Made by a program: the position numbers and the translations under genes | IMG/VR virus record: IMGVR_UViG_3300025159_000001 | Length of the DNA stretch: 27,470 bases | Strand: one strand, 5' to 3' | DNA from: an uncultured virus (IMG/VR IMGVR_UViG_3300025159_000001) | Lineage: Duplodnaviria > Heunggongvirae > Uroviricota > Caudoviricetes | The notes under the pieces: model-generated | The model's database searches: none | The model's input: the letters and a program-made list of their open reading frames with translations, nothing else | What the model was told of the DNA's origin: nothing | Part shown: positions 18,434-24,895 of the stretch, piece after piece | How positions within the stretch are numbered: the stretch's first letter is position 1 | How the letters are laid out: the number at the start of each line of letters is the position of its first letter

Positions 18434-18760
18434 ATGTCTTTTTCATCGGATGTTTTAAATTTTATGCGTACAATTAATATGATAATATCTTTTCTTAACA
18501 TAATACTATCTAGTATTTGGATAGCGCAAAATAGATTTAAGTGGAGATATTCTGTACCAACTCTTCTATTTTCTATACATTCTTTTGTTTTTTATGTATT
18601 TGTACGCCTATATCTTAAAGGTTTATTCATCCAACCATATAATGATTTCTTTATAGACTGGTCTATACTATTAAGATTCCAAGTATTAGCTTCTATAACA
18701 ATGATGCTTGCATTGTTGATTAACTGGGGAAAAATATGGAAATTAGTGAACAATGGATAA
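18434..18760 (+). CDS. Three-TM membrane protein, putative holin
   Basis: 108 aa with three hydrophobic segments; AGGAG RBS; two genes upstream of the endolysin. Confidence 0.55.
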   Translation: MSFSSDVLNFMRTINMIISFLNIILSSIWIAQNRFKWRYSVPTLLFSIHSFVFYVFVRLYLKGLFIQPYNDFFIDWSILLRFQVLASITMMLALLINWGKIWKLVNNG

Positions 18761-19128
18761 TAGTGATTCAACTCTTTATTCCAGTAATACTTTCATTTAT
18801 AGCGGGCGCGTACTCTGTATTAGTACAGAGATCTAAAGATAAAGCACAAATACAAGTACAAAAATCTAAAGAAGAGGCAGAAAAAGAATCCAAAAAAGTT
18901 TTAGACCTGAAAAGTATTCAAGATATTTATCAGGAAATTATAGACGACCTTAAAAAAGAATTTCTATCTTGTAAAGATAAAATGTTTGAAGTAGAGAGGC
19001 TGAATATAGAATTGAAATCAACTATAGATGCACAAACAATTAAAATAAAAGAGTTGGAAAATAAAATAGATCTTTTATCTATTCAGGTTAACGGTTCACA
19101 TTTAGAGCACACATTGGAGAAAAAATGA
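18736..19128 (+). CDS. N-terminal TM plus coiled-coil protein, putative holin/lysis accessory
   Basis: One TM (WIIVIQLFIPVILSFIAGAYSVLV), then heptad-like repeats; ATGA overlap with the endolysin start. Confidence 0.55.
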   Translation: MEISEQWIIVIQLFIPVILSFIAGAYSVLVQRSKDKAQIQVQKSKEEAEKESKKVLDLKSIQDIYQEIIDDLKKEFLSCKDKMFEVERLNIELKSTIDAQTIKIKELENKIDLLSIQVNGSHLEHTLEKK

Positions 19129-20117
19129 TTAATGATTTATTGAGATATAGAATAGATTCATATCCAAGTAGAAAAATAGGTTACGAGGATTCCAGAGTTA
19201 AACTTCTCTTAGATTACATAAACAGTAAATATGTAAAACTTGAGGAGATACCTTGGGAAGTTGAAGGAATAGATGTTTCAGTTTATCAGGGGGTAATGAA
19301 TTGGGATTTAGCAGATTCAAGAATTGATTTTGCATTTATCAGAGCCAGAGATGGAATTTATACAGGTAAAACTGTACCAAGTCAAGATGCACAATTCTCT
19401 AGAAATTGGGCTGAGACAAGAAGAATAAATAAACCTAGAGGGGCTTATATATTCTTCAGACCACAACAAAATGCATTAACCCAAGCAAATCTATTTCTAC
19501 AAGATCTAGGAGAGGATCTAGGTGAATTACCACCAGTATTAGATGTAGAAGATCATGCCAATATGTCTAAAAGCGCACTAATATCTCAAATCTTTACCTT
19601 CCTAAATAGATTTGAAACTGTAACTAATAGAAAAATGATGATTTATACCTCTAAATCTTTTTGGGATTATTATGTAGGTACAAATACATTAATACCAGTA
19701 GATAGACTGGTATGGGCAGCACATTATAACTTATACGTAACAAATCCTTATACACCTATAGATTGGACAAGTAAGAATTTAACGTGGTCATTCTGGCAAT
19801 ATACATCTACAGGCGATGGCAGTTATTATGGTGCACAATCAAGATACATAGATAAGAATAGATATAACGGTAATAAAGAACAATTCAAGACTCAATTCAA
19901 TCTAGAAAAACCACCCATAAAGATTTATCTACCAATAATACCTGTAAAAAGAGTAGAAGTAACTGCAAATGCATTAAATATGAGAGCACTACCAAATTCA
20001 ACCTCTACAGATATAGGCACAATAAAATTAGGAGATGATATACCAATAGTAGAATTAGCAAATGAATGGGGTAGAGTAGAAGGTTGGATTCATTTAGGTT
20101 ATACAAAAGATTTATAG
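19125..20117 (+). CDS. Endolysin: GH25 muramidase plus C-terminal SH3b domain
   Basis: GIDVSVYQG, RGAYIFF, PPVLDVE (DxE catalytic pair), WSFWQYTSTG, IDKN; SH3b 'VTANALNMRALPNSTSTDIGTI...WGRVEGWIHLGY'. Confidence 0.92.
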   Translation: MINDLLRYRIDSYPSRKIGYEDSRVKLLLDYINSKYVKLEEIPWEVEGIDVSVYQGVMNWDLADSRIDFAFIRARDGIYTGKTVPSQDAQFSRNWAETRRINKPRGAYIFFRPQQNALTQANLFLQDLGEDLGELPPVLDVEDHANMSKSALISQIFTFLNRFETVTNRKMMIYTSKSFWDYYVGTNTLIPVDRLVWAAHYNLYVTNPYTPIDWTSKNLTWSFWQYTSTGDGSYYGAQSRYIDKNRYNGNKEQFKTQFNLEKPPIKIYLPIIPVKRVEVTANALNMRALPNSTSTDIGTIKLGDDIPIVELANEWGRVEGWIHLGYTKDL

Positions 20118-20130
20118 GAGAGCAAATAAA

Positions 20131-20430
20131 ATGCCTAAGGACGTAGAAAATTGTGTTTCCGAAATGCACGGTACAAATAAAAGAACAGGAAAACCATTTA
20201 CCCAAAGTGAGAAATGGGCTATCTGTACTGCTATGCATAAAAGAAAAATGGAATCTAGTTTAACAGATGAACAAATAACAGAAGATATAAATAATAGATA
20301 TTTTAATCTAATTCAAAAAGTAAGACAAACTAAACCAGAACTAACTTACGAAGAATCTATAAGTTATACAGAAGCATTACTAGCTAAAAGCGAATATAAC
20401 TTCGATAATATAACTCTCTTCTCTGTGTAA
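20131..20430 (+). CDS. Hypothetical protein (99 aa)
   Basis: AGGAG RBS; last gene of the + strand operon; 'VENCV...KWAICTA'. Confidence 0.7.
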   Translation: MPKDVENCVSEMHGTNKRTGKPFTQSEKWAICTAMHKRKMESSLTDEQITEDINNRYFNLIQKVRQTKPELTYEESISYTEALLAKSEYNFDNITLFSV

Positions 20431-20434
20431 ACCT

Positions 20435-20524
20435 TGTGTAAAACAAGTTAAAATTAAGTTCTAGAATCTTTAAAAGGTTAATTTCCCTGTGTGAACAGAA
20501 CTAAAACTAAGCTCTAGAATCTTT
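20435..20524 (+). repeat. Two 37-bp imperfect direct repeats, 53-bp period
   Basis: TGTGTAAAACAAGTTAAAATTAAGTTCTAGAATCTTT (20435-20471) vs TGTGTGAACAGAACTAAAACTAAGCTCTAGAATCTTT (20488-20524); 29/37 identical. Confidence 0.8.
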
Positions 20525-20544
20525 GCCCCACACACCCTGTGCCG

Positions 20545-20624
20545 CTTAAAAAAAATCGAGTGAATTTTAAAAAATGACGGCAGGGATTTTTCCGTCAAAT
20601 TTTAATTCGCTCGAATTTTTTAAG
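20545..20624. terminator. Long inverted repeat between convergent genes (likely bidirectional terminator)
   Basis: CTTAAAAAAAATCGAGTGAATT...TGACGG pairs with CCGTCA...AATTCGCTCGAATTTTTTAAG. Confidence 0.7.
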
Positions 20625-20630
20625 GTTAGG

Positions 20631-20825
20631 TTATATTCTCTTACTCTGGATTTTCTGCAAATTCGTTTCCGGTAGTTTAATATCCTCATGGCGAATTTCT
20701 GTGATAGGTTCGGGATATAGCTTCATAAATTCGAGAGCGTAAGAAATATTCGCGGTAGTGATTTGCATATCGGCATATTCTGCGTACAGTTCTACTTTGC
20801 CGTCTTTCAAATAAGTGATAATCAT
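20631..20825 (-). CDS. Hypothetical protein (64 aa)
   Basis: Start MIITYLK preceded by TTGGAGGGTAAGAAA on the minus strand. Confidence 0.7.
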   Translation of the reverse strand: MIITYLKDGKVELYAEYADMQITTANISYALEFMKLYPEPITEIRHEDIKLPETNLQKIQSKRI

Positions 20826-20829
20826 TTTC

Positions 20830-21024
20830 TTACCCTCCAATTCTTCGGATTTCTGTCATCTGGTAATCTTCGCCTGCAAATTTAACTATTACCTTTAGAT
20901 TAGGATTGTAAGTCAATCGGGCAAGAGTTTCCTTTCGGCGTGTGGTCATGGGATAACTTCTGACCATCCTGTCTCTATAAACGGCGATTATCCCGTACAT
21001 TATTGCAATTTTATTCACGTTCAT
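20830..21024 (-). CDS. Hypothetical protein (64 aa)
   Basis: CTGGAGGATAAGAAAATG ribosome-binding context on the minus strand. Confidence 0.72.
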   Translation of the reverse strand: MNVNKIAIMYGIIAVYRDRMVRSYPMTTRRKETLARLTYNPNLKVIVKFAGEDYQMTEIRRIGG

Positions 21025-21046
21025 TTTCTTATCCTCCAGTTTTTTT

Positions 21047-21080
21047 TAGGGGAGGTTTTTTAATCCCTCCCCTATTTTTT
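21047..21080 (+). terminator. Intergenic GC-rich hairpin with T-tract on the + strand
   Basis: TAGGGGAGG (21047-21055) / CCTCCCCTA (21066-21074), then TTTTTT; terminator polarity is opposite to the flanking genes. Confidence 0.5.
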
Positions 21081-21096
21081 ACCAGACCTGAAAAAA

Positions 21097-21576
21097 TTAT
21101 GCTGAGTTTTCTTTCGGCGTGTATATACTACCATCGGGTAGTACCACACGTTTCACGGTTTCGGAGACTTCGCCGGGAGAGGGAATAAACATCGCGTCAA
21201 GAGCATTGACTGCGTCATGGATCGCTCTAATTTCTCTCATAGCGTTTTTCAATTCGCCATACGTCAAGCGGTCCTCTTTTACACCCTTTCCGGTTTTCCA
21301 TCTCAATGAGAGGTTGATAAAGATGGTGCGTGCGTACACGGCGAGGACTTCCATTCCCGCTCCCTCATTACGGGCGATAAAGCTTTCTAGGGTGGACAAG
21401 TCTTTCCCTGCCTTAGCGGAAAAAATATCCGTATAGCCTGCTTCCTTATTCGAGTTGAATAAATGCGTTATGCAAACGCAAGCTTCCCTTAATTCGGGAG
21501 CTGACCCTGAAGTACCAGACGCGACTTTGACAACGTCTAACTCAATTAATTTCGGCGTTTCGGTTTTTTCGGTCAC
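21097..21576 (-). CDS. Hypothetical protein (159 aa, GTG start, MTEKTETPKLIELDVVK...)
   Basis: GTG at 21576 is preceded by GGAGGGATAAAGGA; the longer track start at 21690 runs through a structured leader. Confidence 0.7.
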   Translation of the reverse strand: MTEKTETPKLIELDVVKVASGTSGSAPELREACVCITHLFNSNKEAGYTDIFSAKAGKDLSTLESFIARNEGAGMEVLAVYARTIFINLSLRWKTGKGVKEDRLTYGELKNAMREIRAIHDAVNALDAMFIPSPGEVSETVKRVVLPDGSIYTPKENSA

Positions 21577-21599
21577 TGTCTTTAATCCTTTATCCCTCC

Positions 21600-21857
21600 A
21601 ATATTTTTCGCTTGCCACCTCTGAGGGTTTCGAGCCGGCAAGTATATCTTGGATTACAACACAAGATAAGGATATACGGCTCAACCTCAACCGTAAAAAA
21701 TTTCTTTACTATATATGACGTGGCATCCGTTTCAGGATTTATCGGGGCTTTCGTTGCCGTTATTGCCTCCGGATAATTTACTGGATGGATTTTAACCAAC
21801 CGGAGTTGATTTAGGTCTGCCCGACCCGTCAGTTGTTAGGCTTGCGGTTTGTGCCGT
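21600..21857 (-). ncRNA. Candidate structured 5' leader/ncRNA
   Basis: Between the promoter and the first RBS; helices TGACG/CGTCA, GGTC/GACC, CTCCGG/CCGGAG, ATCC/GGAT, TTGAGCCG/CGGCTCGA, TATCTTG/CAAGATA. Confidence 0.45.
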
Positions 21858-21863
21858 GAAAAA

Positions 21864-21893
21864 ATTGTACCACGGCAAGGCGGATACTGTCAA
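21864..21893 (-). promoter_or_regulatory. Strong sigma70/sigmaA-type promoter, leftward
   Basis: Minus strand TTGACA-N18-TACAAT with extended -10 TG (TGgTACAAT). Confidence 0.8.
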
Positions 21894-21976
21894 GGGTATT
21901 GAGGATACCAGTTTCAACTAATTTTTTAGCCTGGCGATTAGGTTTTTTCGGTCATCCGTTTGTTTTAAATTGGGTC

Positions 21977-22004
21977 TTGTTTAACTTGACGTTCTGCCTA
22001 TAAT
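21977..22004 (+). promoter_or_regulatory. Probable rightward promoter
   Basis: TTGTTT-N16-TATAAT, divergent from the leftward promoter and upstream of the rightward gene block. Confidence 0.5.
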
Positions 22005-22193
22005 GATGAGCATAGCCCTCCCGTAGGGGATGGCGGTTGGTCATCGATATGAGGTGGCATGGATGACGGTCGCAAGGTTGGCGGTCGGTTGTGGGATAGC
22101 GCATCCTCTCGCACATCCTTGTGTAGATTATTTAAATTTCCTTCACTCTATACCGAAATTTTTTGAGAATAAAAAAAAAATTGGAGAATTAAA

Positions 22194-22742
22194 ATGAATG
22201 AATATATTAATCTTAAATGTCATAATCATCCCGAACGATGGGGAGAAATTTTAATTAAAAAAAGTTCAACCGTCTTATGCTCCCAATGTTTCAGGGAGTA
22301 TAAAAGAAAAATTAATTTAGTTCCCGAGGAAAAAAATATAACGCTTCCTCTTCAGAATAGAGGTTTGTTTAAAACCTCTAGCATAGTTAAGCCTAGAGGA
22401 GGCGCAAAGTTTTTTTGGGAGAATTGGAAAGATTTTTCCAAGGCGCCTCGAAAAAGTTTAGCGGTTAAGAAGTTCGTGCAGAATTTTTGGATTTTCTGCA
22501 TGGAAGGAAAAAATCTCGGGGTATTAAAAACATCTGATGGTTCTCGTTGTGATCTCCTCCAATTGGGGGATAAAATCCTCGGTTGGAAAAGATTAAGTGA
22601 TTCGAGTTATACAATATTATTTTTATTTGACAAGGATTTTCAAATTGTGGAAATGTATGGATGGAATGAAAATTTTGATCCATACTCGTTAACTCTTTAC
22701 GATGAGAGATTCAATAAAAAATTGGAGGCAATAAAAAAATGA
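22194..22742 (+). CDS. Hypothetical protein with N-terminal CxxH...CxxC zinc-finger-like motif
   Basis: TTGGAGAATTAAAATG RBS; CHNHP...LCSQC; the middle third overlaps a highly base-paired segment. Confidence 0.55.
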   Translation: MNEYINLKCHNHPERWGEILIKKSSTVLCSQCFREYKRKINLVPEEKNITLPLQNRGLFKTSSIVKPRGGAKFFWENWKDFSKAPRKSLAVKKFVQNFWIFCMEGKNLGVLKTSDGSRCDLLQLGDKILGWKRLSDSSYTILFLFDKDFQIVEMYGWNENFDPYSLTLYDERFNKKLEAIKK

Positions 22743-22906
22743 ACAGAGGACAAGGATTAGTTGAGTATACCCTTTTTATTGGGTTAACAGGAATTTTGTT
22801 AATTCTAATAATTTGGGCAATTGGTCAAGGTGTAAGTAACCTTCCAGTTTTCCAGGTGGATGAAACCGGAGTAGAAATTTTCCGGCAGATACTTTTTGGG
22901 AGATAA
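22739..22906 (+). CDS. Flp/Fap-type (Tad) pilin-like protein, 55 aa; not in the ORF track
   Basis: MNRG|QGLVEYTLFIGLTGILLILIIWAIGQGVSNLPVF...: prepilin peptidase Gly at -1, Glu +5, Tyr +6, hydrophobic helix; GGAGG RBS; ATGA overlap with the upstream stop. Confidence 0.75.
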   Translation: MNRGQGLVEYTLFIGLTGILLILIIWAIGQGVSNLPVFQVDETGVEIFRQILFGR

Positions 22907-22953
22907 AATAACCTGAGACAATGCAACATACAAAAAAATCTGACAATTGAATA

Positions 22954-23143
22954 AGAGACTCCCTTAATCGGGAGTCTCTAATTTTAAATAAAAAGAAGTG
23001 CAAATAACTTTCCCGATTGTTTTCACTTCTTTTTATTTAAACAATTGAGGTTTTCAGGTTCGCCACAAAAAAAACAATTCTAGGGATAGAAGGCTTTCCG
23101 ATAAAAAAAGTCAATTACTTGTGGCGAACTTGAAAATTTCAAT
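22954..23143 (+). other. Three consecutive long intergenic hairpins
   Basis: Stems 22954-22963/22970-22979 (10 bp), 22983-23000/23024-23041 (18 bp) and 23044-23068/23119-23143 (25 bp with G-U). Confidence 0.8.
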
Positions 23144-23166
23144 ACCTAAAAAATTGGAGGCTTGAA

Positions 23167-23727
23167 ATGAAAGACGAGATTTTAATTACAGAGTTTGAAT
23201 TAAGATTGTTAGGGGAAGTTTTATGGAAATTCCTAATAAAAAAATTAAACAGAAAGCTAAACAGGCTTTTCTATTTAAATACGAAAAAAGATCTCCGAGA
23301 AGTGGAAAAAATTACCTTCTGCTTTGAAAATTATCCAGTACCTGAGTTTAAATATCAAGGGAAAACTACAACTGTTTCACAGTATATTAATCAAAAGCCG
23401 ACTACTCAAGCAGTATGGTTAGCAGTAGATAAAACTTATTGGATAGTTTTTACTGTGATATGGAAAAGAATTAGTATTTCTAGTGTAAATAAACTCTTAA
23501 ACTTTTTATTGCATGAGTTGGTTCATCATGCATGTTTTATTTTTGGTTGGGAAAATAATGATGGGTCTAAAGATTTTGAAGAAATATTAGAATTTATTGG
23601 CGCACCGTCAAACCTCGGACAACAAAGGCATAAATATATTAATTTTGCACAAGAGATATTATTCCATCAGATTTGTGACATTTTAAATTTGGATTACTCA
23701 GAAAATAATTGGGGAGAAATCCATTAA
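23167..23727 (+). CDS. SprT-like zinc metalloprotease-motif protein
   Basis: LLHELVHH (HExxH), then DGSKDF where SprT proteins have HGxxF; GGAGG RBS. Confidence 0.55.
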   Translation: MKDEILITEFELRLLGEVLWKFLIKKLNRKLNRLFYLNTKKDLREVEKITFCFENYPVPEFKYQGKTTTVSQYINQKPTTQAVWLAVDKTYWIVFTVIWKRISISSVNKLLNFLLHELVHHACFIFGWENNDGSKDFEEILEFIGAPSNLGQQRHKYINFAQEILFHQICDILNLDYSENNWGEIH

Positions 23728-23760
23728 ATAAGAATCTATAGAATAAAAAGGAGAATTAAA

Positions 23761-23862
23761 ATGGGCGAGATTTTTTCTACGGTTGGTTGTTTGATTATTA
23801 TAATTGTTGGGTATTTGGCGGTCACGGCAATTTTTGCCGCCCCAACAATCCTAGGATTTTAA
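23761..23862 (+). CDS. Small single-TM membrane protein (33 aa); not in the ORF track
   Basis: AAGGAGAATTAAAATG RBS; MGEIFSTVGCLIIIIVGYLAVTAIFAAPTILGF. Confidence 0.7.
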   Translation: MGEIFSTVGCLIIIIVGYLAVTAIFAAPTILGF

Positions 23863-23911
23863 CCCTGTGGAAATTTATTTTCCACAGTACAAAGAATAAT
23901 TGGAGAATAAA

Positions 23912-24052
23912 ATGAAGATTACTTTTGGGTATTCACTATGGTGGGGAATTGAATTTGGCTTTATGATAAGTTATTTTCCTTATATAGGAAGAATCGTAAT
24001 TCATTTTCTTTTTTTCTATGTTTGGATTGATCTTAATAGGAGGATAAAATGA
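23912..24052 (+). CDS. Small hydrophobic/aromatic protein (46 aa); not in the ORF track
   Basis: TTGGAGAATAAAATG RBS; MKITFGYSLWWGIEFGFMISYFPYIGRIVIHFLFFYVWIDLNRRIK; ATGA overlap with the next gene. Confidence 0.7.
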   Translation: MKITFGYSLWWGIEFGFMISYFPYIGRIVIHFLFFYVWIDLNRRIK

Positions 24053-24285
24053 AGACTAAACAACAAAAACGAGAAGAGGCTTTAGAAAGACAATCCTGGT
24101 GGAAAAAATTACCTTTGCAAAAGAAGGTAGAAATACTAGATCAACGCCCAGGAAAATCTGAAAAACAACGAGAAAAACTAGAACAGGGAGATAGTTTTGT
24201 AGGTTATGTTTTGCTAGTGGCTTTGGGAGTAGCCTATCTAGCGATTGTATTTTATTTTGTACTCCAACCTTTGCTCAATAAATAA
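24049..24285 (+). CDS. Basic protein with C-terminal TM helix (pilin-like segment)
   Basis: AGGAGG RBS; EQG|DSFVGYVLLVALGVAYLAIVFYFVL. Confidence 0.7.
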   Translation: MKTKQQKREEALERQSWWKKLPLQKKVEILDQRPGKSEKQREKLEQGDSFVGYVLLVALGVAYLAIVFYFVLQPLLNK

Positions 24286-24346
24286 AAAAGATTCCACACA
24301 GCAAAAAAAAAATCAAACTACTAATTTGAAAAAAAAGGAGTCTGAA

Positions 24347-24517
24347 ATGAACGAATCTAATCCCCACAGTATCCCTGCAACACCCGTAGTTGTAAAAAAA
24401 CATGGCATCAGATATATAGAATATTTTTGTGCCAAAAGTAGCCACCTGGACTGCGTAAAAGAATTACGAGACGTTTTAAAATCTGGAGGGAAGCTTTACG
24501 AGAGAAAAAAGAAGTAA
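24347..24517 (+). CDS. Hypothetical protein (56 aa)
   Basis: AAGGAG 6 nt before ATG 24347 (MNESNPHS...). Confidence 0.5.
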   Translation: MNESNPHSIPATPVVVKKHGIRYIEYFCAKSSHLDCVKELRDVLKSGGKLYERKKK

Positions 24518-24573
24518 TAAGATTACAGACAGCAAAAAATATCCCTCAATGGAAAAAACTGTAGTCTGAAAAT

Positions 24574-24645
24574 GCCCTCATAACTTAATGGATAAAGTAC
24601 AGGACTTCTAATCCTGGAATTTGGGTTCGACTCCCAATGAGGGTA
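24574..24645 (+). tRNA. tRNA-Arg, anticodon TCT; CCA not encoded
   Basis: Acceptor GCCCTCA/TGAGGGT; D arm ACTT/AAGT; anticodon arm CAGGA-CTTCTAA-TCCTG; T arm TTGGG-TTCGACT-CCCAA. Confidence 0.93.
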
Positions 24646-24647
24646 TT

Positions 24648-24805
24648 TCCTGAAAAATTTTGGGAACCTCCCCCAACAGCGAAAATTTTTCAGGATAAAA
24701 TATCCCGCTCAGGGTTTAAAGCAAGAAAATCTTTATTGGTAAAAATAACCCACCCTGAGCAATCCCAGGTTCTAGGTTTACCTCCAATTTTCCTAGAACC
24801 TGGGA
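24648..24805 (+). other. Three consecutive long hairpins downstream of the tRNA; the last is followed by a T-tract (terminator-like)
   Basis: TCCTGAAAAATTTT/AAAATTTTTCAGGA (14 bp), GCTCAGGGT/ACCCTGAGC (9 bp), TCCCAGGTTCTAGG/CCTAGAACCTGGGA (14 bp). Confidence 0.8.
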
Positions 24806-24895
24806 AAATTTTTTTTGTGAAAAATCCCTGTGGAAATTTTTGTAAATTTGTCTAAACTTATACTAAAATTTACCTGGAAAAAGGAAGAAAATAAA

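Noticed and set aside
18736..19128. i-spanin/o-spanin pair
   Set aside because: No overlapping lipoprotein (lipobox) ORF was seen, and the gene lies upstream of the endolysin.
20435..20524. Mini CRISPR array
   Set aside because: Only two degenerate copies with a 16-nt gap; no cas genes.
21003..21718. Plus-strand ORFs 21003-21188, 21119-21436 and 21455-21718
   Set aside because: Antisense to minus-strand genes that have a clear promoter and RBSs.
21805..21835. Hammerhead-like core on the minus strand (CUGACGG-GUC...GAC-CUAAA)
   Set aside because: Lacks the invariant CUGANGA and GAAA, and no stems I/III were found.
22322..22521. Group I/II intron as the explanation for the intragenic structure
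   Set aside because: No recognisable P7/catalytic-core or domain V sequence; kept only as an unexplained structure.
22465..23003. Minus-strand ORFs 22465-22683 and 22776-23003
   Set aside because: Antisense to better-supported + genes, including the pilin-like ORF.
24361..24564. Alternative frame with an internal TAG (YPCNTRSCKK...CQK*PPGLRKR...), suggesting amber readthrough or recoding
   Set aside because: No start or RBS in that frame; TAG ends other genes (5857, 25877, 26083) and long genes are intact under the standard code.
24637..24855. 72-aa ORF in the track
   Set aside because: Starts inside the tRNA and runs through hairpins; no RBS.
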